NCBI GenBank assembly: GCA_965221905.1
Contig: OZ244922.1
Span: 2,176,001 to 2,240,000, forward strand
Reading direction: 5' to 3'
Origin: Chloroflexota bacterium
GTDB lineage: Bacteria; Chloroflexota; UBA11872; VXOZ01
Length of the DNA stretch: 64,000 bases
The position numbers were made by a program, and so were the translations under genes. How positions within the stretch are numbered: the stretch's first letter is position 1; each line of letters opens with the position of its first letter. The notes under the pieces are model-generated. The model did no database searches. It saw nothing but the letters and a program-made list of their open reading frames with translations, and was not told the origin of the DNA. This document shows positions 9,283-18,900 of this stretch, piece by piece.

Positions 9283-10062
9283 CTAGTTTTGTATCACATC
9301 CGGCTTGCGCAACAGCAGGCAGACGCCCCCGGCCTTATCCATCTCATCGTCGTTAAGGAAGCCGCAAATTCGTGAGGGCATCACCGCACTGATCCAGCCG
9401 ATAAAGAGACGGGAGTATCGGTATTTTGTTGGAAATTGGAGTAGCCTGAATACACGCTCCATGCGCACGCCAAAATACTCTCTCTTCACTACATTCAGTC
9501 CGGTAGGCTCTATGACACGCTCTTCCAACGCAGCACTATTGTAAATCCGCTGGTATTGCTCTAAATCGGGTTCGGACCCAGGCGGACGATATACTTGGCC
9601 GAACGGCAACGTAAGCGCCATCAGGCCGCCGGGAGCGAGCACACGCGCCATCTCGCGTGCGACGTCGCTATCGCCGTCTTCAGGAATGTGCTCCAGGACG
9701 GAAACAGAGCAAACGCGTGCAAAAGAACCATCTTCGTACGGCATGGCGCGCGCATCATGCAACTGAGGCTTAATGCTTCGCGCCGCAGCCGTCATCCCGG
9801 CACGCGTTGCCATGGTAGGCAGGTCCATTACTAGTGGGTCTTGATCCAGCGCCACGACCTCTGCTCCATGGTGTGCGAAGAGAATCGTAAGCGGTGAGCG
9901 ACTTGCCCCCACGTCAAGCAGTGTTCGGCCTTCGAACGGCTGCAATGCATTCGCGGTCCAAGGGTATTCCAGGTAGCGACTCATGGGCAAGCCATAGAGA
10001 AAACTCAGCGGTCGCAGCCGACCGTGAAACCGATAGAAGTCAAGCGGAGAGATAGCCTGCAT
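9283..10062 (-). CDS. Class I SAM-dependent methyltransferase
   Basis: LLDVGAS, CSVSVLEHIP, RVLAPGG; start moved to ATG 10062, which has an AGGAGG RBS. Confidence 0.88.
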   Translation of the reverse strand: MQAISPLDFYRFHGRLRPLSFLYGLPMSRYLEYPWTANALQPFEGRTLLDVGASRSPLTILFAHHGAEVVALDQDPLVMDLPTMATRAGMTAAARSIKPQLHDARAMPYEDGSFARVCSVSVLEHIPEDGDSDVAREMARVLAPGGLMALTLPFGQVYRPPGSEPDLEQYQRIYNSAALEERVIEPTGLNVVKREYFGVRMERVFRLLQFPTKYRYSRLFIGWISAVMPSRICGFLNDDEMDKAGGVCLLLRKPDVIQN

Positions 10063-10140
10063 TGCAGAAGCCTCCTGGGGGAGAAGGGGACGGGGATTGC
10101 CGTCTTGGTTTGGAGAGGCAGCGTCGAAGTTACTCTCTAA

Positions 10141-10291
10141 GAAGACCCGTGCAAAGCTCTGCGGAACCGGAGGAACTTTGGCAAAAGGGATAGTTTCCAC
10201 CCCCGTCCTAGCCCTCTCCCTCAGGAGACGGGACTGTCAGGACTTGGAAAGTGAAGCGTCGTCCCCGCCAGTACATTTTGCAAGGGTCTCC
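10141..10291. mobile_element. Degenerate MITE-like element with IS5-type ends
   Basis: Ends GAAGACCCGTGCAAAG and TTTTGCAAGGGTCTCC (13/16 inverted match), flanks CTAA and TTAA, internal CCTAGCCCTCTCCC REP-like motif. Confidence 0.5.
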
Positions 10292-10349
10292 TTAAGGGTA
10301 TCACGAACGGGGCTCCCGGCGACTGCCAGCCGACGGAGCCGCAACGCGA

Positions 10350-12137
10350 TTACAGCATATCGGAACGTGATTCTGCACTAGCACGCACCCGTGCACAGAA
10401 CTCCGCAATAGGCAGCGCACCACAATTCTCGCCTGTGCGCAGGCGCACACTTACGGCGCCATCGTTGATCTCACGGTCTCCTACCACAGCCATATACGGT
10501 ATCTTCTGAAGCTGCGCGTCCCGTATCTTGGCATTCATTCGTTCGGAACGGGTGTCTACCTCGGCGCGCAAATTAGCCTCGGAAAGTGCGGCGGCGACTG
10601 AGGTTGCATACTCGTTATGCCGGTCGGCAATAGGGATGATTACTACTTGAACCGGCGCCAACCAAACGGGAAATGCGCCACCGTAGTGTTCGAGCAATAT
10701 GCCAAAGAATCGCTCAATAGAGCCATAAAGCGCGCGGTGAATCATGAAGGGACGACGGGCAGTGCCATCCTCCCCAACGTACTCCAACCCAAAAGTCTGC
10801 GGCAACCAGAAGTCGAACTGGATCGTGGATAGTTGCCAAGGACGACCCAGCACGTCAACTATTTTTATGTCAACTTTTGGCCCGTAGAAGGCAGCTTCGC
10901 CCTCCATGCGCTTGTAAGAGAGGTCCAGTCCTTCAAGTGCGTCAACCAGGCCGGCCTCGGCCATTTCCCAATCTCGCGCCTCACCTGCGTACTTGCTCGT
11001 TTCTCCTTGCTGCCACGTGCTCAGTTCCAACTGAAGGTCTTCAAAGCCATAGGTATCGAGAATCTCCAAGCAGAACTTGAGGACACGAACCAGCTCACTA
11101 CTCATCTGGTCCGGGCGGCAGAAGAGGTGGGCATCGTCTTGGGTGAAGCCGCGCACCCGTAACAGCCCGTGCAGCACGCCGGACCGCTCATAGCGGTACA
11201 CTGTCCCAGCCTCCGTGTATCGCAGCGGTAAGTCGCGGTAACTGCGCGTGCGGCTCTTGTATACCTGAATGTGGAAGGGACAATTCATCGGTTTTAGGTA
11301 GTATTGCTGGTCGTCGACCTCGACCGGCGCGTACATGCTCTCCGCAAACCAGTTCAAGTGGCCGCTTGTGCGCCAGAGATTGGCCTTGCCGATGTGCGGC
11401 GTGTAGACGAATTCGTACCCTCCGGCCCGATGACTCTCACGCCAGTAGTCTTCCATGATGCTGCGCACGTAACCGCCCTTGGCGTGCCACAGCACCAGAC
11501 CCGGGCCGATTTCATCGGAAAAGCTAAAGAGATCGAGCTCACGGCCCAGCCGCCGATGGTCGCGCCGCTCCGCCTCTTCCAAGAACTTCAAGTAGGCTTT
11601 GAGTTCTTTCTTTGTCTCCCAGGCAGTTCCGTACACCCGCTGCAATTGCTGGCGGTTCTCATCGCCCCGCCAATAGGCGCCAGCCGTGCGGAGCAGCTTG
11701 AACGCACCCACGGCACCAGTCCTATCAACGTGGGGGCCCTCACAAAGATCGATGAAGTCACCATTCCGATAGATGCTCACGTCTCCAACATTAGCGTCCC
11801 GTTCTAAGTCTTCGATCAGCTCGATCTTGTACATCTGATCTTGTTCGCGAAAGAACGTCTTCGCTTCTGCCACCGGCATGGTGGAGTGCGCAAAGGGCTG
11901 ATCTTGGTCGATGATTTGCTGCATACGCAGGCTCAATTCATCAATGTCCTCCGGAGTGAGCGTGCGGGGCAGGTCGAAATCATAGTAGAAGCCATCCTCT
12001 ATCGCCGGGCCAATAGCTAGTTTGGCTTCCGGCATGTACTCCAGCATGGCCGTTGCCAGCACGTGGGCGGCCGAATGGCGAACTGTCTGCAGGCGTTCTA
12101 CACATTGCTTTGCGTCAGCTTCTCGTACTTTCGGCAT
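10350..12137 (-). CDS. thrS: Threonine--tRNA ligase (short form without the N-terminal TGS domain)
   Basis: RHSAAHV, DLCEGPH, GAYWRG, KPMNCPFH, RGFTQDDAH, FYGPKVD, HRALYGSIERF. Confidence 0.98.
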   Translation of the reverse strand: MPKVREADAKQCVERLQTVRHSAAHVLATAMLEYMPEAKLAIGPAIEDGFYYDFDLPRTLTPEDIDELSLRMQQIIDQDQPFAHSTMPVAEAKTFFREQDQMYKIELIEDLERDANVGDVSIYRNGDFIDLCEGPHVDRTGAVGAFKLLRTAGAYWRGDENRQQLQRVYGTAWETKKELKAYLKFLEEAERRDHRRLGRELDLFSFSDEIGPGLVLWHAKGGYVRSIMEDYWRESHRAGGYEFVYTPHIGKANLWRTSGHLNWFAESMYAPVEVDDQQYYLKPMNCPFHIQVYKSRTRSYRDLPLRYTEAGTVYRYERSGVLHGLLRVRGFTQDDAHLFCRPDQMSSELVRVLKFCLEILDTYGFEDLQLELSTWQQGETSKYAGEARDWEMAEAGLVDALEGLDLSYKRMEGEAAFYGPKVDIKIVDVLGRPWQLSTIQFDFWLPQTFGLEYVGEDGTARRPFMIHRALYGSIERFFGILLEHYGGAFPVWLAPVQVVIIPIADRHNEYATSVAAALSEANLRAEVDTRSERMNAKIRDAQLQKIPYMAVVGDREINDGAVSVRLRTGENCGALPIAEFCARVRASAESRSDML

Positions 12138-12195
12138 GAATCATTCTCCTCACTTAGTATTATGTCTTGTTGCGAACTCTAACTCTTGGAAATAG

Positions 12196-12228
12196 AAAAA
12201 ACCTCTCGTGTCAGGTTTGTACGAGAGG
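12196..12228 (-). terminator. Intrinsic terminator inside the thrS leader (attenuator)
   Basis: Minus strand CCTCTCGT-loop-ACGAGAGG-TTTTTT, about 60 nt upstream of the thrS ATG. Confidence 0.75.
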
Positions 12229-12262
12229 CCTCAAGCGCTATCTGCTGTTTCTAGGTTTCGTG

Positions 12263-12355
12263 CTATTGTCCCCTCGTCACCTGCATGGAGAATTCACTCG
12301 TGGTGATATAGGCGATGCATCGCTGAAGATGTATTGAACCACCTAAACGATACAC
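12263..12355 (-). CDS. Candidate thrS leader peptide (30 aa, MYRLGGSIHLQRCIAYITTSEFSMQVTRGQ)
   Basis: GAGGAG 10 nt before GTG; tandem ACC-ACG codons; 3' end contains ACGAGGGG, complementary to the terminator 5' arm. Confidence 0.5.
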   Translation of the reverse strand: MYRLGGSIHLQRCIAYITTSEFSMQVTRGQ

Positions 12356-12601
12356 TACTCAGCATCTCCTCGTTGCGCCCCTATGGGCGCGCTTTGGACG
12401 GACAATCAAACCGTACTCATGAATGGTACCGGAGCTTGCCACTAGTGTCAACATTGCTGTGGATCGGGAAAAGTGACTAAACTCCAACGAAAGTCCTCAT
12501 CCATGACACCGGTCCAAACCTCTTGCTACCAAGGGGGACAGAGGCTAAAATTGGCGGACAGGGACTAATCCTGAGAACCAATAGGCGAAAGAGGGCATAC
12601 G

Positions 12602-13885
12602 ATGCAGGTAGATCTCGCATACGGCCGCACTGGACTCAAGGTTTCGCTTCCGGATGAGCGCGTGGATATTGTAGAGCCGGTCAATCTCTCTGGTGTCGCA
12701 GAGTCCTCCGCGGCTCTACGCGACGCACTGCGCAATCCAATTGGAACAAAACCGCTGTGTGAGATCGCTGGAGCGGAGGATACGGTCGCAATCGTGTTTT
12801 GCGACATTACGCGTCCGGCGCCGAATCAACTTATGATACCGGCAATTCTGGCCGAACTCACGCACGTGCCCCGAGAAAACATCGTGCTCATCAATGCTAC
12901 CGGCATGCATCGTCCCAACACCGAGGCTGAATTGTGCGAAATGTTGGGCGAGGATATTGTGGCCAAGTACCGCATTGTCAACCATGATTCAACGGATGCG
13001 TCCCAGTTGCGTTTCCTTGGAGAGACATCCTTTGGCGGCCCGGTGTGGATCAACACGCACTACCTCGACGCCTCGGTTCGCATACTCACCGGCTTCATCG
13101 AGCCGCACTTCTTTGCGGGCTTCAGTGGGGGCGCAAAGCTAATCTTGCCCGGCATTGCCGGGGCTGAATCGGTGATGCATAACCACAACGCGGAAATGAT
13201 CGGTCATCCCAAAGCAACCTGGGGGCATCTGGAAGACAATCCCATCCACTGCGAGCAGCGCGAGGCGGCCGCCCTATGCCCGCCCGATCTCAGCCTCAAC
13301 GTGACGATCAACAAACGCAAAGAGATCACGGGCGTCTTTGCCGGCGAAATGGTCCAGGCACATGAAGCCGGTTGCGCGTTTGCGCGTCGCTCTGTCATGC
13401 GACCGGTAGCAGAGCCATACGACATCGTGATTACGACGAATAGCGGGTATCCCCTCGACCTAAACCTCTACCAAGCCGTGAAAGGCATGTCGGCTGCGTA
13501 TCAGGTGGTGAAACAGGGAGGCGCAATCGTCATTGCGGCTGAATGTGTGGAAGGCATAGGTCACGGGCATTTCGAGGACCTACTGCAGGAGCGGGAATCT
13601 CCCACCGCTTTGCTGGATCTGATCAACAGCCCAGGATTCTCCCGATTCGATCAATGGGAAGCCCAGATCCTGGCGCAGATTCTCCTGAAGGCTGAAGTGC
13701 ATCTATTTGCGGAAACTCTCTCAGACCGAGCCATACGCGATGCGCATCTAATCCCATGCCGCTCGATAGAAGAAACAGTGGCCGCGCTGCAAGAGAGATA
13801 CGGGCCAAGTGCGAGCATTTGTGTGCTGCCTATGGGGCCTCTGACCATACCCTACGTTGCGGAACCGGCAGTGGCTGCGGTCTAG
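12602..13885 (+). CDS. larA: Nickel-pincer-dependent racemase/epimerase, LarA family
   Basis: DITRP, ATGMHR, PHFFAGFSGGAK, HNH, GYPLDLNLYQAVKG. Confidence 0.92.
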   Translation: MQVDLAYGRTGLKVSLPDERVDIVEPVNLSGVAESSAALRDALRNPIGTKPLCEIAGAEDTVAIVFCDITRPAPNQLMIPAILAELTHVPRENIVLINATGMHRPNTEAELCEMLGEDIVAKYRIVNHDSTDASQLRFLGETSFGGPVWINTHYLDASVRILTGFIEPHFFAGFSGGAKLILPGIAGAESVMHNHNAEMIGHPKATWGHLEDNPIHCEQREAAALCPPDLSLNVTINKRKEITGVFAGEMVQAHEAGCAFARRSVMRPVAEPYDIVITTNSGYPLDLNLYQAVKGMSAAYQVVKQGGAIVIAAECVEGIGHGHFEDLLQERESPTALLDLINSPGFSRFDQWEAQILAQILLKAEVHLFAETLSDRAIRDAHLIPCRSIEETVAALQERYGPSASICVLPMGPLTIPYVAEPAVAAV

Positions 13886-13913
13886 GGCACTCTAGAGTGG
13901 GTCCTGAGAAGTG

Positions 13914-15065
13914 TTAGACCCTGCGTCTCGCGCCGCTGTATCCTTCCGATTCGAGCGCCGTTGAGGGCGGAGCCAGGCGGGCCCCAGGGTCCACGTCAAG
14001 AGACATATCTGAAACCAGCCCTTGTTGGAGACGGTAGAAGCCGCATGCGCCGATCATGGCGGCGTTATCAGTGCAGAACGCAAGATCGGGAATCCGCACC
14101 GGCACCGGCGTATGGGCAAGTATCTCTTCGCGCAAGAGACTATTGGCTGCCACGCCACCAACAACGAGTATAATCTTGACCTTGAACTCTCTGGCCGCTT
14201 CCACGGTCTTTGCAACCAATACGTCCGCCACAGACTGTTGGAAGCTGGCTGCAATCTGGGCCACATAGAGCGGCACGTCCCTATTCACAATGCCTCCGGG
14301 AGCTGCCAGCAGTGGATCAGAAAGGTCTTGGTCCTTCATACGACTTTGCATGTAGCGCAAGACGGCGGTCTTCAGGCCGCTAAAGCTGAACTCGTAGGTT
14401 CCTTGCATCCAGGCTCGGGGCAAGTCCACCATATTGCGCCGTCCCCGTAACCCATAACGCGACAATTGCTCAGCGGCCAATTGCACCGACGGCCCGCCCG
14501 GATAGGGCAGCCCCAGAATGCGTCCCACTTTATCAAATGCCTCTCCCGCGGCGTCATCGCGCGTGGCGCCAATCAGGCCGTAGTCTCCGTGCCCGCGCAT
14601 AAGCACAAGCTCCGTATGTCCGCCGGATACCACCAGCGCAAGCAAGGGAAACTGCGGCTCATCTTCCGGCACGTTGCGGCGCGCTCGGCGCGAGCGTGAG
14701 AGCCATGCAGCGTAAACATGACCTTCAAGATGGTTCACGCCAATGAAAGGAACACCTAACGAAAACGCTAGGGACTTGGCAAAATTCACACCTACCAGGA
14801 GTGCACCCGCCAGACCGGGCCCATAGGTGACCGCTATCCCGTCAATCTCTTCCCATACTACGTCCGCCGCAGCCAGAGCCTCAGTTACGACCGGCAAAAT
14901 AGCTCTTAAATGCTGCCGCGAGGCTAACTCAGGGACAACACCGCCGTATTTCTGATGAATCTCGACCTGCGAAGCTACAATGTTGGAATGGACGTAACGA
15001 CCGTCTTCAACAATCGCTGCGGCAGTTTCATCACACGAGGTCTCAATCGCGAGCAGAGTTGTCAA
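13914..15065 (-). CDS. tsaD: tRNA threonylcarbamoyltransferase TsaD
   Basis: IETSCDET, GGVVPELASRQH, HLEGH, VSGGHT, DDAAGEAFDK, TDNAAMI. Confidence 0.98.
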   Translation of the reverse strand: MTTLLAIETSCDETAAAIVEDGRYVHSNIVASQVEIHQKYGGVVPELASRQHLRAILPVVTEALAAADVVWEEIDGIAVTYGPGLAGALLVGVNFAKSLAFSLGVPFIGVNHLEGHVYAAWLSRSRRARRNVPEDEPQFPLLALVVSGGHTELVLMRGHGDYGLIGATRDDAAGEAFDKVGRILGLPYPGGPSVQLAAEQLSRYGLRGRRNMVDLPRAWMQGTYEFSFSGLKTAVLRYMQSRMKDQDLSDPLLAAPGGIVNRDVPLYVAQIAASFQQSVADVLVAKTVEAAREFKVKIILVVGGVAANSLLREEILAHTPVPVRIPDLAFCTDNAAMIGACGFYRLQQGLVSDMSLDVDPGARLAPPSTALESEGYSGARRRV

Positions 15066-15783
15066 GGAAACCTCCTGTTTCAGGGTATGTGGTTGCCCAA
15101 GAGTGCTTCTGCCTGAGGCCTGCCACCCGCTCCTGAAACATGCTCTGAAAAGTATCCACGTTTATGTCTTCACTCCACATCACCAATGCATCTTCTTGGT
15201 TATCGCTGTAGTATCGCGGTCGAATGCCTGTGGAGCGGAACGAATATTTCTTATACAATGAGCGCGCCAAACCGTTGGAAACGCGGACCTCTAAGGTCAC
15301 CCAGCGCGCCGCAAGGCCGATGGCTATGTCGATGAGTGCCGTGAGCATAAGTTCGCCGATGTTTTGGCCGCGTACGTCCGGTCGAGACGCAATAGTAGTA
15401 ATGTGCGCCTCATCCACCATGAGCCACAGCCCGCCATATGCTACTAAAGTCGGCTTTCCGTAACGCCACTCCATTTCGCGCTCTTTGTCCACAGACGGAA
15501 AGAGAGAGAGTGGAAATGGTTTTGGCCTCTTAAGACTCGATGGAGTTCCTTGATTATCCTTCCTTGCATCCGCGACCGCATCCAAGTCGCGTATGACTAA
15601 GTACCGCGCAAGTTTGTTTTCCACTATTTCCCGGCGATAGGCGTTGCGCGGCCAAGGCAAGGTGAACGAGGCTTCTTCGATTCCGCGAATCTCGGCCATG
15701 TCCTCCAATGACATTGGCTCAATCCGCAGGTTCATCGGGTGGGGCTCGGGGCGCCCGTCGTAGATAGCTTTAGGTTGTTCCAT
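15043..15783 (-). CDS. rimI: Ribosomal protein alanine N-acetyltransferase RimI, with an internal insertion
   Basis: IEEASFTLPW, EAHITTIA, TLEVRVSN, RPRYYSDNQEDA; lies between tsaB and tsaD. Confidence 0.93.
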   Translation of the reverse strand: MEQPKAIYDGRPEPHPMNLRIEPMSLEDMAEIRGIEEASFTLPWPRNAYRREIVENKLARYLVIRDLDAVADARKDNQGTPSSLKRPKPFPLSLFPSVDKEREMEWRYGKPTLVAYGGLWLMVDEAHITTIASRPDVRGQNIGELMLTALIDIAIGLAARWVTLEVRVSNGLARSLYKKYSFRSTGIRPRYYSDNQEDALVMWSEDINVDTFQSMFQERVAGLRQKHSWATTYPETGGFLDNSARD

Positions 15784-16017
15784 TTCACCACTCAGAAGTG
15801 CGACCTAATCATTGGTTGGGATGGCTAGGAACCTTAGTTGCATTGCTGTGTCACTCCCCGCAAGGAAGATCGACCCGATACGGTTCTATCGCCGTTGCGT
15901 TGGCTATTTCTCCGATTGACAGGCAACAGCCTAGACCACTGACAACTACCCCAACTCTTTTGCTTCTTTCGCTCCCTTAACGCTGTCGCTGCAGCCCGAA
16001 GATCACCGTCTGTCCGG

Positions 16018-16818
16018 CTAGGGAGCCGGTTCGCCATCCATCGGGTTAATCCGGTGACGCGGCACTTTGGCTGCAGGACGCCGCAAGTATTCAGGCTCGG
16101 CTGTGAGCGGGTCTACTGTCCCGCCCTTTGCAAGATAATCAGCTCCAAGTACAGCAACTGCCCCTGCTCGGCGAACACTGAAGAGGCCGGAGGGGAAGAC
16201 GAGCAGCTTTTTTGTAACATTTTCCTCAAGCTGCCCTCGGAGCTCCGGCGATATTTCTCCACAGATAATCGTCCGCTTCACAATTCTCTTGGATATGTCG
16301 GATACTCCCAGAATTGCAAAGTCCTCGAGGCGACGCCAATTCTTACCGACTGAGCGATACCAGCCTACGTAGTATTCGCCGCGTCCGGCCCCAAGCAATG
16401 CGCAAACGTGAGCATTGGACTTTTGCAGGTGAGGAAAGGCGACAGCATCCAAGGTGGACACGGTCACGAGCGGCACACCCAGTGTCATGCAAAAGCCCTT
16501 TGCCGTTGCCATGCCCACACGCAAACCCGAAAACGAGCCAGGTCCCGAGACAACAGCTACCGCGCTAATTGGGATTTTACTCCGGGTAACGGCATGGAAA
16601 CCCTGCACCGATGCAGCCCTTGCATCATCTGCAATGGGCGCTGGGGAGTCGGGCGCTTCGCCACTGCCGGCAATCATCGACCAAAGCCAGCTTATGCTCT
16701 CCATGAGCTGCTCGGTAGCATGGAACCCCGCAACCCAGTTGATTTCTCCCAAGATACGTTCGTTAGCGAAAAATGCCACACCAAGTTGACGGGTAGACGT
16801 ATCAATTGCCAAAAGCAT
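16018..16818 (-). CDS. tsaB: TsaB (YeaZ)
   Basis: MLLAIDTS, GPGSFSGLRVG, PEYLR. Confidence 0.95.
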   Translation of the reverse strand: MLLAIDTSTRQLGVAFFANERILGEINWVAGFHATEQLMESISWLWSMIAGSGEAPDSPAPIADDARAASVQGFHAVTRSKIPISAVAVVSGPGSFSGLRVGMATAKGFCMTLGVPLVTVSTLDAVAFPHLQKSNAHVCALLGAGRGEYYVGWYRSVGKNWRRLEDFAILGVSDISKRIVKRTIICGEISPELRGQLEENVTKKLLVFPSGLFSVRRAGAVAVLGADYLAKGGTVDPLTAEPEYLRRPAAKVPRHRINPMDGEPAP

Positions 16819-16842
16819 TGCAAAAAACTTATACCTGTTTAA

Positions 16843-17343
16843 CTAAAATCCGAACGCTAGCCTGCGATACTCGTGAAGAACTTCCTGAAAACGGTCGCCT
16901 TCCGATTCAAAGTGCAGTTCCCGCTTTGTATCCGTCATAATTTCAATATTTATGAGTAGCCAATTTTCCGGCAAAAAGTCTCGCACTTTGCGGGCCCATT
17001 CAATCACACAAATGCCATCACCTTCAAGATATTCTTCAAGCCCCAAACTCCACAAGGAGTCGTCTGAGCCGACGCGGTAGAGATCGATGTGATAGAAAGG
17101 AAACTTGCCGGACTGATATTCTTTGATAAGCGTATAGGAGGGACTGGTAACGTGCTCCTTTACCTCCAAGCCAAGAGCGACACCTTGCGCAAATACCGTC
17201 TTGCCTGAGCCCATAGTGCCTTCAAGCAGGACAACACTGCCAGGCTTAACCAGCGTTCCCAGCCGCAGACCTAGGCGCTGGGTCTGCGTTTCACTGTGAC
17301 TAATGCAATCGAGCTTCTGTTCCACACCTTTACTGGTAGACAC
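16843..17343 (-). CDS. tsaE: TsaE ATPase (YjeE)
   Basis: GTMGSGKT, VTSPSYTL, HIDLYR, IEWA. Confidence 0.96.
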   Translation of the reverse strand: MSTSKGVEQKLDCISHSETQTQRLGLRLGTLVKPGSVVLLEGTMGSGKTVFAQGVALGLEVKEHVTSPSYTLIKEYQSGKFPFYHIDLYRVGSDDSLWSLGLEEYLEGDGICVIEWARKVRDFLPENWLLINIEIMTDTKRELHFESEGDRFQEVLHEYRRLAFGF

Positions 17344-17355
17344 AAGTGTACCCCT

Positions 17356-18381
17356 TCAATGGGCGGGAGGAAGAACCCCGGCATTGCCAAAATGGTCGTA
17401 TCCTCTATGGGGAATTGGCAACACTTTGCCACCCTCATCGCACACAGCAACCTCTCCGCTCTCACCAGCTACGATTCTACCGATAACTGTGCTTTGTACG
17501 AACCCCTCCGCTGCCAAGTAGCTCTGCGCCCGTTGCATCGTGTCTGGCGGCGCGGTAAACAACAATTCAAAGTCCTCGCCGCCGCCTATGGCCCGTGTAC
17601 GAAAGGAACCTCCCAGCACTTTTGGGAGTTCCGGGTCGGTAGGGACACTTGAAAGCATGATCTCCGCACTCACCCCGCTAGTTGCACAGAGCTTCTGCAA
17701 GTCTGCTACCAAACCGTCACTAATATCCATGCCACACCGCACTCCGGCTTCGATAAGCGCCCGGCCTTCGCGCAACCGCGGGACCGGCCGCCGCTGCGCA
17801 GATTTGAACCGTGCCCCATAATCCGTACCGCGGCTTTCGCCTTGCTCAAGGAGCACCAGCCCCGCTGCCGCGTTTCCCAAGACTCCTGTAACGGCTACCT
17901 GATCGCCAACTTGTGCGGTGGAACGCCGGAGAGTGCGCTCTCGACTCTCCACTTCTCCAATCACCGCCACATTTATTGTCACCTGCGCGCTCGAAGATAG
18001 ATCCCCGCCAACGATTGGAGTTTCTGCATCTTCAGCCAACAGTGACATACCCCGGTAAAACGCTGAAACGTCCGAAGCCTTGACTCCCGGTGGCAAACAA
18101 AGGGTAACGAGCGCTCCGCGCGGTACACCACCCATTGCTGCAATGTCGCTAAGATTTACAGCGAGCGCTTTCCATCCAATGTCTTCCCAACTAAACGTGC
18201 GCAGCCGAAAATCGACATCCTCCACAAGGGCGTCAGTGGTGGCGATTATCCATCCTTCGCCCTGCCGCCACAAAGCCGCATCGTCCTGAAAGCCCAACGC
18301 CATGTCCGGTGACGTGAATACTTTCTCCGCAATACGGCCAATGAGCCCAAGCTCACCTATATCCTCAAGCGTCTCAGCCAT
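17356..18381 (-). CDS. thiL: Thiamine-phosphate kinase
   Basis: GELGLI, DDAA, NLSDIAAMGG, GGD, DISDGL, GGEDFELLFT, GYDHF. Confidence 0.96.
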   Translation of the reverse strand: MAETLEDIGELGLIGRIAEKVFTSPDMALGFQDDAALWRQGEGWIIATTDALVEDVDFRLRTFSWEDIGWKALAVNLSDIAAMGGVPRGALVTLCLPPGVKASDVSAFYRGMSLLAEDAETPIVGGDLSSSAQVTINVAVIGEVESRERTLRRSTAQVGDQVAVTGVLGNAAAGLVLLEQGESRGTDYGARFKSAQRRPVPRLREGRALIEAGVRCGMDISDGLVADLQKLCATSGVSAEIMLSSVPTDPELPKVLGGSFRTRAIGGGEDFELLFTAPPDTMQRAQSYLAAEGFVQSTVIGRIVAGESGEVAVCDEGGKVLPIPHRGYDHFGNAGVLPPAH

Positions 18382-18900
18382 TCTTCCTCGCCATGTATAC
18401 AGCCGAGTTCAGAATAGCAGGCATGCCGAGCACGGGCAAATCGCAGGCGAATTGATGGCGCATCTATGGTGTCGTACAAGCTTGCTCGCGAACACCTGCA
18501 CGCAACGTTCCTATTGAGCGAAAGGACAACCATCGTATCCGCTTAGCGATTTCGCGCCTCAGTGTGACCACGTATGCTACCATTCTCACAGTTTGGCGCG
18601 GTACGGGACACTTTGGGCATGTTGGTAAAGGGCGCTCTGCTGACGGCGAAAAGGTGGACGAAACATCCGGCGAGCAAGAGCGCAATAATCTCGGATCGCC
18701 CGCCAGTAGACAGATGCGCCCGGTAGCAATCACGAGTATTGCTCGAAGTTTCCAGGTTCTTGAGCCGACGTTTAGTATCCAGTCGGTGGATGTCCGAACG
18801 ACTGTCTAGCGGGCGGGAAGCAGACTGTCTGGCCGCTATTCTAGGGGTTGTCCAGTTGCTGCTTATGTAAATTAGTAAGTAAAGGAAAGGGAATTCGCCA

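Noticed and set aside
10063-10200. N-terminal extension of the methyltransferase
   Set aside because: It runs through repeat-derived DNA; a strong RBS sits before ATG 10062
12138-12420. T-box riboswitch for thrS
   Set aside because: No T-box bulge consensus before the terminator by eye; a leader-peptide model fits better, pending cmscan
15834-16037. 67-aa ORF between tsaB and rimI
   Set aside because: Low-complexity basic sequence with no recognisable motif; unsupported, though not excluded
16018-17343. Lower-GC stretch as a horizontally acquired island
   Set aside because: It encodes core tsaB and tsaE in their normal operon, with no mobility signatures
18382-18900. TPP riboswitch, rpmB, or the short ORFs 18464-18733 and 18564-18809
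   Set aside because: No CTGAGA/ACCTGA core, no L28 motif and no convincing RBS
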